Source: Basidiobolus ranarum (Eukaryota). Taken from it: DNA of 39,323 nucleotides. How positions within the stretch are numbered: the stretch's first letter is position 1; each line of letters starts with the position of its first letter. The notes beneath the pieces were generated by a model, which saw only the letters and a list, made by a program, of their open reading frames with translations, was not told the DNA's origin and did not search any database. A program made the translations under genes and the position numbers. The stretch lies in assembly GCA_040143965.1 (NCBI GenBank), contig JASJQH010006918.1:1-39323 (forward strand). Reading direction: 5' to 3'. Of the stretch, positions 1 through 11,701 are shown in pieces.

Positions 1-478
1 CTAGAAGCTTCAAACTTTTCACACATGTTTCTGAGATCTTTATTAACATGTTCAACATGCCAATTTGTCTATACCTTGATGAAACTATAAATGGCAACTT
101 TCAACACAATAAATCAATAAATGAAAATCACCAATTTCCCTGGTTCTTTAAACCAGTTCCAACAGGCTCAACAGGCTTCCAATATACTTTAACAGTACGT
201 GCTTTAGCAAGAAACTCTCACTGCTCCATTGTGATTTTGATACCGAATATATTTGGAATCTAATTCATGGATTGCTTTTGGTTTGGCAATCAAAAATGAC
301 CATGACTTTATTTCATGTTCATGGCTGAATCCCTTTCTAGTTAATTCAAACTCAGTGTCACAAAAATCCCATCAAAAAGTTTGTACTTTTCCAACCCAGA
401 ATTTTGAAACTTGACCAAAATTTATCTCATTATCATCCTCATAGTTTTGGATTCACAAAAATAAATTTCCGCTTGGAT
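1..478 (-). pseudogene. Decayed coding relic of unknown family (possibly TE-derived), running off the window edge
   Basis: Manual minus-strand translation gives protein-like stretches (PSGNLFL*IQNYEDDNEINFGQVSKFWVGKVQTF*WDFCDTEFELTRKGF..., then after a frameshift EQ*EFLAKARTVKVYWKPVEPVGTGLKNQGNW*FSFIDLLC*KLPF...). The interrupting stops are isolated TGAs. Confidence 0.3.
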
Positions 479-1178
479 TTACTTATTCAAAAATAAGTAT
501 GGATTTTCGATGGAAAAAGATCAATATAGTTTACTTCCAATATATATGTACTTAATTCTATCTTGTAATGTAACAAAGTAAATTTTATTGTTTCAACTTA
601 TCCTAAACATCTCAAACTCTTCTTGAATAACAGTTACTGTTTCATTAACACTGTTGCGAACGATTGTAGAGCAATAATTGAATTTGATGTGTATCACATG
701 ATTTAAGGGAGAAATCACAATTCATATAAAAATGCCAAAAAAAATGGATTATATATATAGGTAAAGAAATTCATTTTGCGACACCACATATATAGATTGT
801 ATGTTGCATAGAGCCAACACATGCTAAAAATGGGGAAACTAGGAAGTTAGAGTTTCGGTGATTTAGTAAATATCCCATCGCCATTTATGGGTGAAGAATG
901 TCACTTGTTTGTTTGGTAAAATTGATTCGTCTGTTGGCTTCTTTTCGAAGGAACATTGTTTCCAACGTGTGGGGTAATAATATAGAATGAATGAATGGGG
1001 GCATACCTGGGGTATGAGAATTAGGGTAGATTATGGCAATGGTCAGGGTTGTTTAAATCGAATGGATTTATTAAATCAAAACCGGTTAGTTCAGCTAGTT
1101 CTACTAGTTCAATGTACATGGTGGATTAAAGGAAATATCTAAAAGGTATTATTACATTAAGGATAAGAGTGAATGAGT

Positions 1179-2174
1179 TTAGAAAGTTTTTGCTAACTGT
1201 TTGGCAGTAATCAAGCCACGAAGTTTGTTAAATTTATCAAGTACTGGCAATACACTGATGGGGGATTCACGTTCTTTCATCAATCTTAGGGCTTCACTTG
1301 CCATATCCTCAGTAGAGCAGACCACAGGGTCAATGGACATGATGTGTTTTGCTTGTAATTGAAAGATTTGTTCCCGGAATTCCAAAGCACGTCGAATATC
1401 TCCGTCAGTGATAACTCCGATGACTGATTCTCCTGCTTCATCTAGTACCAAAACTGATCCACATTTTTTACGCATAGATAAAGTGAGAACTTCGTTTACA
1501 ACTGTATCTTGACTAACCACTGGAATCTCACTGAAATTGTGCATTACATCTTTCACTTTCAAGGTTAACTTTCGACCCAAAGAACCGCCGGGATGATTCA
1601 ATGCGAAATGTTGAGCGTTAAATGCTCTTAGTTGCATTAATGATATAGCAATAGCATCCCCTAGTGCTAGTGCTACAGTGGTTGAAGAAGTGGGTGCGGG
1701 AACATGAGTGCAAACCTCCGATTTTACGTAGCCATCCAACCAAGCGTCACATTCTTGTGCTAATAAAGAATTCTTATTACCACCAAGGCCTATCAAGACA
1801 ACGTTACGTTTTTTGAAAGAGGGAACGACCCTTAATAACTCTTCAGTATTTCCAGTATAACTAAGGGCCAATACAACATCTTTGGGTTGAACAAGTCCAA
1901 GATCCCCATGAAGTCCTTCGGTAGGGTGTAAGAAAACTGCAACACTACCGGTACTCTGTAAAGTGGCAGTTATCTTTTGACCAATCTTTCCAGACTTCCC
2001 CACTCCGGTCACAACGATCTTGCCGCCTTTATCTAGACACTTTTGCATGAGTAGAATGACTTTACTAAAAGACTCTGGGTCTTGGGCGATACGTTCAGCA
2101 CAGTCTAGAACGGCATTACCCTCCTCTTTAAGTACACGAACAGCACCGTTTACGACGTCAGCAGTAAGCATCAT
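1179..2174 (-). CDS. kdsD: KpsF/GutQ/KdsD-family sugar-phosphate (arabinose-5-phosphate) isomerase, SIS plus tandem CBS domains, intronless
   Basis: 331-aa ORF with family motifs VVTGVGKSGKIG, FLHPTEGLHGDLG, APTSSTTVALALGDA and HPGGSLG, followed by a CBS pair (GVITDGDIRR, GLIT). Confidence 0.9.
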   Translation of the reverse strand: MMLTADVVNGAVRVLKEEGNAVLDCAERIAQDPESFSKVILLMQKCLDKGGKIVVTGVGKSGKIGQKITATLQSTGSVAVFLHPTEGLHGDLGLVQPKDVVLALSYTGNTEELLRVVPSFKKRNVVLIGLGGNKNSLLAQECDAWLDGYVKSEVCTHVPAPTSSTTVALALGDAIAISLMQLRAFNAQHFALNHPGGSLGRKLTLKVKDVMHNFSEIPVVSQDTVVNEVLTLSMRKKCGSVLVLDEAGESVIGVITDGDIRRALEFREQIFQLQAKHIMSIDPVVCSTEDMASEALRLMKERESPISVLPVLDKFNKLRGLITAKQLAKTF

Positions 2175-3213
2175 AATAAAGTTTGGTTGAAATAAAGGAA
2201 TAGAACAATATGAAATGGCTGGTGAAGAAATAACTCAACTTATAGTAAAGTCTAGTGAGAGGAGATGTACTTAAGTAACAGGTTCAATGGGAAAGAAATA
2301 ATTTGAATGATCTTCGAATGGATTCGGTTGGTTTATATTTATTAGCAAAAAAGTAAGGTGAATGATGTTATTACAGTTACTAAAATCCTAATTTCTCACT
2401 AAAATTTACTTTACCTTTTTTAACTGAAATTTTCTCCCTTTTTTGGGATATCGAAAATTGATCAAGCCGCAATGGTGACTTTTATAGAATGGAAATTTAT
2501 ATCAATCAATATATTATAACACCGATGCGATGATGTAGCTCATTCAGACGGGTTAAGGCGTTAGGCTCATGTTTACCAAGATCATTGACTATCGTACACT
2601 TATTTCGATAAGTAAACATTTGCTCCACATCGATCAATCAGATATCTCAGTGATGTCACCACTAGAAGATCTGGCAATCGATCCATTATGTATGGTTTTA
2701 TCTCCATGGTCAGGCAAAGCATTTAGAAACTGCTACATCAATGCTTCATACCATTAACTTCTGTAACTTCCACTCTCATTGTGGGGACCATACCTCAAAC
2801 GCCCATTCTTTCACACAGTAATGTACACGGCAAATCTACATTTCATTAATCCACCAATGGTTGAGTGTTCTTGGCTTGGATGAACTGCCACACATGCCAT
2901 ACACTCTCTATCCTCTTCTTGATAGTCCATCCGGTTTACTCCGGACATCGGATATTTCTACCATAGTAAGTAGTTCACGGTTAGTAATCCATTCGGCCTT
3001 CTTATACTCAGCTACTGTCAACATTCTTAGTCAACTGACGCTATCCTATCACGTGTTGAACACTGTATTAAATCTAGTGGGAGATACAAAGAAAGGGGAT
3101 CTAAATAGTATCTTCGTGTCATTTTGTTCTGGTATAATTGTAACTCGTGTCCTGCATAAGGTTTAACCCTTTTTATTGTTTACCAATCAATAAGTGTGAA
3201 CGAATGGGTGATA

Positions 3214-3236
3214 TAGGGTTAGGGTTAGGGCTAGGG
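3214..3236 (+). repeat. Short telomere-like (TTAGGG)n tract
   Basis: tagggttagggttagggctaggg in the intergenic region between the divergent kdsD-like and PRP46 genes. Confidence 0.6.
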
Positions 3237-3861
3237 CGCTTACTCACTCGACAGCTTGTTTGTTTCTTTTTTTAGTAATGTTCCAGTCGTGTTCGGAGAT
3301 GGGATTAAAAGGGGGAATCATCCTATATCTCTCTACATCTTCGCTGATGAATTGACTCCACATCGGGCTCTAAAAGGATGTCACACTCATCATCAGATAG
3401 TCCATTCATCATTCACTGTCACCGTTGTTCAGTTAATCGGATGAATCTTCAGAGGTAATCTGCAAACTCGATATGACTTGTATATTAATTCAATCTTGGA
3501 TCGTATATCGTGGTAAAGAATGAAGAAAAGGCTTTCTATGACCACTCATTCACACATCGAACCAAATTTAGGTTACATAGACGACTTTTAATTATTACGA
3601 TAAATCAGTATCGGTGTCGGTATCAGTACCTATATTCGAACGATATGAAACATTTGATTGCACATAAATGATGTTTAACTTAGTTTCAAAATTATCAGTA
3701 GTTGATTAAATTTAAGTAAAAATATTTCATCATGTCATTAAGAGGAAAAAAAATTTCGAACGCGTCAATCGTGTTGGATACAGTATCTTTGGGTGGTCAA
3801 GTTATAGACTATTCGTTGAAGTTTTAGGTTGACCTTCGTTCATAATTTAGATACATTCGCG

Positions 3862-6057
3862 ATGGAAACAACGGTACACTCCAATAACACTCAACCTGAA
3901 GTAGATATTCAGAAAGATGTTTCCGAACCACTTCCAGTTCTTGTAGATCTGATTGAGAAATCTGCTAAACGTACTAGAAATGTATTTAATAAGAATTATT
4001 CTTTACCTTTAGAAAATGTTCCAGCAAGGTAGGTTAATTATCTTGAAAGATTAGTATTCTTTTCTTTTGAAAATCAACCCTTAGTTTTATAGTCAAAGAG
4101 TTAAACTTTCAGTCAAGATCTCAGACGAATATGAACACGTAAAAGAATTGCCTCAAGCTTTACTTACTCAACAAAAAGTCAATACCGATAAACCTGGAAA
4201 TAGAAAACCAATTCCTTCTCATTCACAACCTATCTTGGAACAAAACGTGAAAGTTTTACCTGGTCACGCTTATCCTTCTGCACCTGGTTCGTTTATTTTT
4301 CATTCGGTTGAGTTTATAACAAATGTATGACTAATGTTCTATTTTTTTATCTCTTAAAGGTGTCGAACTTTCTGAAGAAACTTCAGTTGAATCGGAAATC
4401 TCGGAAGATGGTATCCAACATATAATTGATAGCTTACCAGAAAGTAAAGCACAGTAAGCATAGTTGTCTTATTGGTGTGGAAATTTAGACAACTAGTAAT
4501 CTAACTGTTAAAACTCTTTTCTAGACAAGAGGCACGTAAAACGGCCCAAGGAGTTGTGGCTATTCGTCAAAAGGCTGGTTATCAAACTGGTCCTCCTACC
4601 AGTTCTTCCCTTGTTCGTAAACCAACACTTCAGGCCGTTCGACCTGAGTGGCACGCACCTTGGAAGCTTATGAGGGTATGTGGTTTATTCTCTGACTAAG
4701 GAAGCCAATTTAGCAAGATAGTTAAATTTGTTTATCATCATAGGTTATCAGTGGCCATCTAGGCTGGGTCCGTTCAATTGCTGTTGAACCAGGAAACAAG
4801 TGGTTTGCTACTGGAGCTGGCGATAGAACCATCAAGGTTACTTCAAGATTTATTTTGTTCAGTTTGACTTTTGACAAATACTCAATTATTTCATTCGAAT
4901 AATCTTAGATTTGGGACCTAGCATCTGGTACTTTAAAACTCACCCTTACCGGTCATATATCTACTGTACGTGGTCTTGCAGTATCTCCTAGACATCCATA
5001 TTTGTTCTCTTGTGGTGAAGATAAAATGGTGAAATGTTGGGATTTGGAATACAACAAAGTCATCCGACATTATCATGGCCATTTGAGTGGTGTCTACACA
5101 ATGAGTTTACATCCTGTTCTTGACGTTCTTGTAACTGGTGGTCGTGATGCCACTGCCAGAGTAAGCATCACTCATGTTCGTAACCATGTTAAATAGCTGA
5201 CTAATCACCGATTTACTTGTAGGTTTGGGATATGCGTACGAAGCAATGCATTCATGTCCTCTCAGGACATTCGGCTACCATTGCTGACGTGAAGTGCCAA
5301 GAAGGAGATCCCCAGGTTATCACAGGATCCATGGATTCTATGGTTCGCTTATGGGATCTTGCTGCTGGTAAAACTCTTTCAGTGCTAACCCATCATAAGA
5401 AATCAGTTCGTGCGTTGGCTCTTCACCCAGATGAATTCACCTTTGCCAGTGGTAGTTCGGATAACATTAAGCAATGGAAATGTCCAGAAGGATCATTTAT
5501 CCAGAATTTCGAGGGACACAAATCCATCGTCAATACTCTGTCCATCAATAGTGACAACGTTATGTTCTCTGGAGGTAAGCGGGCTAAACCAGCGGTGGTA
5601 ATGAGTGTGGGTGTGGGTGTGGATGAAGTTACTAATGAAGTTGCTTTGTAATAGGTGACAATGGATCCATGCATTTCTGGGATTGGAAATCTGGGTACAA
5701 CTTCCAAAAAACCGAAACCACCATTCAACCTGGTTCATTGGATAGTGAATCTGGAATATTCGCCTCTACTTTCGATCGCTCCGGGTCTCGTTTGATCACC
5801 GGTGAAGCGGATAAAACAGTGAAGATTTGGAAGGTAAGTTCATCGACGTTCACCAACAACAACATTCAAATACTCAAACAAACCATTTTTTCTTCTTGCA
5901 GGAGGATGAAAATGCGGTAAGTTCTCATTCAATCGTTCAATCGTTCAATCGTTCTAAATACATTTCAACTGATTACTAAATCTTGTCTTTCTCACTTTAG
6001 ACTGAGGAAACTCATCCTCTGGATTGGAAGCCTTCACTTGCCCGTCGTCGCTATTAA
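3862..6057 (+). CDS. PRP46: Pre-mRNA splicing factor Prp46/PLRG1 (WD40), multi-exon
   Basis: Exons encode [97 protein letters not shown], ending [18 protein letters not shown] introns; 15-nt micro-exon at 5902-5916. ATG at 3862 is inferred. Confidence 0.93.
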
Positions 6058-6412
6058 TGAATCTCTATCTATCACACAATACAAAAATACAAATAATGTA
6101 TAATATTCAATTCCACTAAGGCCCAGTTCCATTCCCCTTTCCTTTCCTTTCTCTTCACTTCTCTTCCCTTTCCTTCAATGTTAATAAATATTTTGATCTA
6201 CCGATGGTCACATGACATCGTTGGTGGATCACTTGGTAAAAATCATTTGGCAACCATGACAATAAAAGTGGTGTTCGAATATTTAAACGATGAGGTTTCT
6301 TGACCAACAGACATATACATACTTGAGCAAAGTAAAAGGGGGTGACGGTTGGGAAAGAGAAGGGAGGTGGAGAAGAAAAGATTATGTAAATGAACTGGAG
6401 ATTTTACAACAT

Positions 6413-7269
6413 TTAACCTCTATTGAACATACGTCCAACAAGGTTACCTCCAAGCATACCCAAGATACCAGAGTTACTACCGAATGCACTTGCAGCCAGA
6501 CCGCTCCATTTCTGTTTAGCATCTTTATCACATTTCATATATCCCATTAGATTAGCACCACTCAAAACGATAGCGACACCGACAATCAAAAGCCATTGAA
6601 AGTTAAAACGTATGATGGCGATTAAAGCAAAGAATAACCATACAATTGGCGTTGCGTAAAGTGAATACCAAAACATACGAGAGTCTACCCCGTTGGGAAT
6701 TCTAGTTTGCTATAATTATCTTCCAAGTAAATAATTGGTTTTCTTCTTTGCAGATTAAATAAAATACCTTACATCACGACTCTCAAACACCCATACGTTA
6801 GTACCGTCTTCTTGAACTTCGTTCCACCAACGTAGCCCAACCAATAACCTACCGGTGACGTTTTTGACAGTCCAAAAATCAAAGGCCAGGAGTAACATGG
6901 CTATGACAAAGGTGAGAACAAAACTACTCGTAAAAAAGTTGGCTAATAGGTAAACCACCAGTGCGCCAGTTCGAAATAGGAAATGGAAGATGAGTGCCAC
7001 TGGATGACTATATGGTGCGATGGAATAAGTAAGATGGCAAAAGTAGGTAAAGCAAAGGAAAAAAGTACCTGGATTGTTTGAAGATGGAAGGTGTTGGTTC
7101 AGGTTGCTGGCTTTCAACATCCATCGGTTGGAATTGTTGAAATTGTGAACCGGCCATTGGGGCAGCATCAGATAATAAAGTCTGGCGATCTATGTTTGAC
7201 TATTAAACTCGTCTTAGGTTTTGTTCTTTAAATAGATCAACGAAATACGGTTGAATGCAACTTTACCAT
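6413..7269 (-). CDS. TVP23: Golgi membrane protein Tvp23/FAM18, multi-exon
   Basis: HPVALIFHFLFR, FDFWTVKNVTGRLLVGLRWWNEV..WVFESR and ANLMGYMKCDKDA motifs. The first coding exon appears to be the ATG alone (7269-7267), then an intron gtaaag...taatag, giving MSNIDRQTLLSD. Confidence 0.9.
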
Positions 7270-8032
7270 TTTGAAAGTGAGCCGATATATGTGCTTATCA
7301 GTTAAGGCGGTTGGCTACGATTTCTTTGACTATCAACTTATACTTCCACGTGTAACAAATTGGTCAAGTTTAAGATGGTTGTGGCCTGATTATATCAATG
7401 CTACTGTGGATTCTGCATGGATGCTACTTTTGATATCCAAATCGAGATTAATTTAGGGGTTGGAATAACATCAACATTCTCCAATAAAAGTGGAGATGCT
7501 TGAGAGTTCTAAATCCATCAAAAGATATGGCAAGTGGTATGGATGATAAGAGCAGAAAATGCTTAAAGTTAACTAGCCGAGATAGGTGCAAAAAAGAGGG
7601 GCTGTAAAAAAGAGGGATTGGGTTGTATAAAGGCGTTGATAGCATAAGATGTTAAACTTACAAGAATCTCACGAAATCCGCGCCAATACTACACGCTTTA
7701 AGGGGTGCCTAATTGCTTGCAGAAAAGCTAAAAGTTCCCGAATTACAGCACAAACAAACTGCAATACCTGCGGACCGGTGAATTGTTTATTGTAATCACG
7801 AGTCGACGGATTTCTGTCAGCCTTCTAGAAACCCACAATTGAACATTATGAGGAACCTGAATGGCTCGACTAAGGAATAATGACCAAGTAAGGCAGCCCC
7901 TTGCTTGCATTAATCTAGTATGGTATAAATTGGCAGCCATGGGAGTATCTCCAAACAACCATCTCTCTAACCTTAACCTTCTAACCACTTAACCTACCAA
8001 CTAAAACTTAACCCTCTCGTAACCTAATCAAA

Positions 8033-9585
8033 ATGCGCTTCGAAATATTTGCCTTAACTGTTGGAAACTTGGTTGCCCTCTCAATGGCTCATATGGAACT
8101 TGTTAGTCCGGCACCTAGAAGGTCGAGATTTAGCCCCACCTATACGCAGAAAGGGGATGTGGACTATGATATGTCTACCCCACTCGGGCATAGAGTAAGT
8201 AAATTTTTCTCCCAAACAATAACAACCAAGTTTCATATTCTAAACCATCTTAGTTTCCATTCCCATGTCGTGGTATTGCTGCGGGACCAAGTGTTGCGAC
8301 ATACACGGCTGGTGAGTCGGTAAATGTCACTCTCGGTGGAATGGCAGTGCACAACGGTGGCCATTGCCAGTTCGCTCTATCGATAGATGGTGGTAAGACC
8401 TTTGTCGTGCTCAAGACGGTGATGGGTAGCTGTTTGGTGGATGGACTTAGTTACCAAGTCCCTCTTCCAACTGACATGCCCAATGGAGAAGCGGTTTTCG
8501 CTTGGACTTGGATCAATAAAACAGGGAATCGTGAGTATTATATGAACTGTGCAGATGTCACTATCAAGGGTGGCAAAGGTACTTCCCTTAGTGGACCAAA
8601 ACTGCTGGTTGTCAATATGGAAAATGCCCCTACTATCCCTGAATTTGCTAATGGTGGTGACGATGGAGCAGAGTTGATGAACAAGAGGCCAATTGTTACT
8701 TCATATAAATCTGGAGACTCTAGCGAAGCAACCGAGGCTGGAGCTGGAGTTGAGGCTGAAACTGAGCCTGAACCGGAGATCAAGAAAGAGGTTTATAAGA
8801 AGAAAGCATCAGGTAGAAAGGATTATAACAGATCCAAACCTAAAGCCAAGGCAGTCAAAAAGCCTAGCGAGAAATCAGAATCCGATTCAGATAACACTCC
8901 TGAGAATAAGGAGTCGGTATCTAATTCAGATATCAAGAAAAAACCAGCTACCATTAAGTCAGAGAAATCAGAGTCTGATAGCATTCCCGAGAACAAAGAG
9001 CCCGCATCCAGCTCAGATGTGAAGAAAAAGGTTCCTACTGCTAAGTCTGAGCCAGACACTATTCCCGAGAATAAACTGCCTGCATCCAGCTCAGATGTGA
9101 AGAAAAAGGTCTCTACTACCAAGCCTGAAGCAGACATTATTCCCGAAAATAAAGAGCCTGCTTCCAGCTCTGATGCAAAAAATGATGCCTCTACTACCAA
9201 GCCCGTATTGGAAGCCATTCCCGAGAATAAAGAGTCTGCATCAAGCTCCGATATAAAGAAAGATGCCTCTACTACCAAGCCCGAGTTGAAGACCATTCCC
9301 GAGAATAAAGAGTCTGCGTCCAGCTCCGATGTAAAGAAAAATACCTCTACTACCAAATCAGAGTCAGAAGTAGTGGGAGGGAATAAAGTGGAGCCCAGCT
9401 CAGAAGCCAAGAACATTCCCACTACCAAGGCCGAAGAAAACGCCCTCAAAGATGAGAAATGTGCTACTCAGTGCTTGGAAGGTGGCAAATTCCAGCTTTG
9501 CATTTATGGACATCTCTATAATATGCGATGTGCTACTGGAACCCAATGCATGTTTACTAATGGAGAGATTCATTGCGACTATTGA
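8033..9585 (+). CDS. Secreted AA11-family lytic polysaccharide (chitin) monooxygenase with low-complexity repeat linker and C-terminal Cys-rich carbohydrate-binding-like module
   Basis: Signal peptide followed by His1 (A|HMELVSPAPRRS), FPC, AVHNGGHCQFALS and FAWTWINKTGNREYYMNCADV (His brace plus Tyr). One intron at 8195-8253. C-terminus CATQCLEGGKFQLCIYG...CATGTQC...CDY. Confidence 0.82.
8890..9430 (+). repeat. Coding tandem repeat, 78-bp (26-aa) period, about 6-7 degenerate units
   Basis: attccc recurs at 8983, 9061, 9139, 9217 and 9295. Unit is approximately IPENKEPASSSDVKKKVSTTKPE. Confidence 0.9.
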
Positions 9586-9729
9586 GTCGCCTAGACGTTT
9601 AGAGATTTTGTTCAACATCTACGATCTTTTTGACTACTAGAATAAACAATGTTGATAGAATATTATTCTAGTGCAATTTATTTCGACCATTAAAATTAAG
9701 TAAATGTATTTGTGTAGATGACAAAAAAT

Positions 9730-10785
9730 CTAATCGCGGCTTAAAGGACATAATATATCGTTGAGGTATTTTTCGAATTGTTGAATGTTGGTCTCGAAAG
9801 CGGCTACTTTGGAATTCCCTTGTGATTGAGATGGAGGATGGGTGGGGAAGTCGTATAGCCCGTAGCTGTTGAAAAGTTCGTCGGTATTATGTGGATTTTT
9901 GTGACTAGATTGTGTTGTGGCAATATTCAACTGAGCATTTGTGTGAGACGAAACATCCCCTCCAACTCCCGGGTCTATATAATGTGTAAAGAGATCTTGA
10001 AGGTCTACATATCTTTTCAAATGGTGGGAGTGGACTTCCGGCGTGGAATAGCTGGCATCTGATGGGTTCCAGTGTTCGTGACTACTTGTTGGGCTTGTGT
10101 AGCTCGTATCGAGGACGCCCAGATGATTGCATGAGAAATCCGACTCTAGTGGTCTTGCTGGAAATTCCCAAGATCCTGTTGGATATTGTTCACGTATCTG
10201 TCTGAGAGGCATAATGTCATTACAGTAATTTGGTAATTGAGAATAGTTTGAAAAGAGATCCTCCTTTTGGTGGGAGCTGGTGAATTCTTCTGAAGGAGAG
10301 ACTCTTCTCTGGCGTTTTCGTGGTGTGTATTTGTAACCGGGATACCTCAAAGCATGGTCCTTCTTCCCTTGTTCGGCTTTTTTTCTATAGTACTCTTTAA
10401 CATCTTCGGTCTCGTTACGCCACATTTCACCGACTATTTTTGAGACTTCTTTGTTGTTGATTCCCGGATGGGCATCCAAAATCGATTTCTGCTTATCCTT
10501 ACGATATGTCATAAAGGAATTGTTAGGACGAGGAATCCTTTTGGTACTTTGAGTGACTCTTTTCCCAGATGGTGACAGGTTCGATTCACTGTCAAGATAC
10601 GTGGAGGATGAAAGAGGAGGGGGATTTTGCATCAGGATTGGTCGATATCCTTCAGAAAGAAGCATCATGTTAAGACGGTTGTGTTCGTTGATAATGCTCA
10701 TCAACCTTGTCATTTGTTCAGAAGAAATGGTGTTCTGAGGGGTTTGAAGAGTGGAGGTAAAGTTCAAATCTTCTCGAGGGTCCAT
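9730..10785 (-). CDS. MATA_HMG-type HMG-box transcription factor, intronless
   Basis: RIPRPNNSFMTYRKDKQ...NNKEVSKIVGEMWRNE...YYRKKAEQGKKDHALRYPGYKYTPRK; TATAAAG about 75 nt upstream. Confidence 0.88.
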   Translation of the reverse strand: MDPREDLNFTSTLQTPQNTISSEQMTRLMSIINEHNRLNMMLLSEGYRPILMQNPPPLSSSTYLDSESNLSPSGKRVTQSTKRIPRPNNSFMTYRKDKQKSILDAHPGINNKEVSKIVGEMWRNETEDVKEYYRKKAEQGKKDHALRYPGYKYTPRKRQRRVSPSEEFTSSHQKEDLFSNYSQLPNYCNDIMPLRQIREQYPTGSWEFPARPLESDFSCNHLGVLDTSYTSPTSSHEHWNPSDASYSTPEVHSHHLKRYVDLQDLFTHYIDPGVGGDVSSHTNAQLNIATTQSSHKNPHNTDELFNSYGLYDFPTHPPSQSQGNSKVAAFETNIQQFEKYLNDILCPLSRD

Positions 10786-11701
10786 AATGGCAAGATTAAT
10801 CCAAAGATGATGTCTTTGTCAAAGCTTCGAATGATGAGCCTTCAATGACTCTCCTACTTTATAGCAGTCTCAGAAACGACCTAGGAAACCAGCTCAAGCA
10901 GGTTCCGGATCGTCTTGCCTGGCCGGAAATGAATGAAAGAGCCTTCATGAGGATTAGTAAGGGTTACATGTATAATGTACGGCCTTTGTTGTAATTCTCT
11001 AAATGTATAGTTCTCAGATTCTAGTTTACTATGTATACTTCAATTCTATCCTTATTCTATATCTAGGTAGATCTCAAGTTCGTTTTTTGACCAACTTTTA
11101 CTCAAATCGCGTTTCTATGGCATATGCGTGGTGGTACATTGAACTTATTAAGAGAACACTACAAAGATAACACTGCTAAGATAACACTCTGTAACAAAGT
11201 GACTTTTGTGCATGATCTCTGATGGATTCTTGTACAGAAAGTATCAATATAGGGTATGTACCTTGCACAACCAGCAAAACCAGTAAAACCGACTGATACG
11301 CACAGAGGAGACAAAGTCATATAATTATTCTGAAACCAATGATCGAAGTACAACGTGACTATTCCGGATTTGTATGGATTAACATCAAATCTCATTGATT
11401 AGTGTAGACAATGAGGCTCTCGTCACTAATGGTACTTTCTAAGTGAACCAAGGACATGAATCACCTCTTCTTGATATAAAAATGAACTCTTGGTATTTCA
11501 TTTACCATTGCGTGTTGGGTGATTTAGAGTTGATATCCATGCTACTTGAATCGTTGTGTAAAGCAATAGAGGTGTACCTACATTTCCACTCTTTCAATTT
11601 TAGAACTCATTTACTGTAACTCATTCATTGGTGGTGATTATTTATTTACTTCAAATCCACGAATATAAACTGATTCTAAATGATTGATAAAATTGATGAA
11701 C

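Noticed and set aside
3350-3420. ATGATGA motifs on the minus strand as another C/D snoRNA
   Set aside because: No suitably placed D box with a terminal stem and no recognisable rRNA guide.
5928-5953. (TCAATCGT)x3 repeat in the last PRP46 intron
   Set aside because: Ordinary short intronic tandem repeat with no sign of function.
8823-9449. 208-aa antisense ORF
   Set aside because: Shadow of the repetitive LPMO linker on the opposite strand.
9730-10785. Calling this the Mucorales-type sex locus
   Set aside because: The flanking triose-phosphate transporter and RNA helicase genes are absent from the window.
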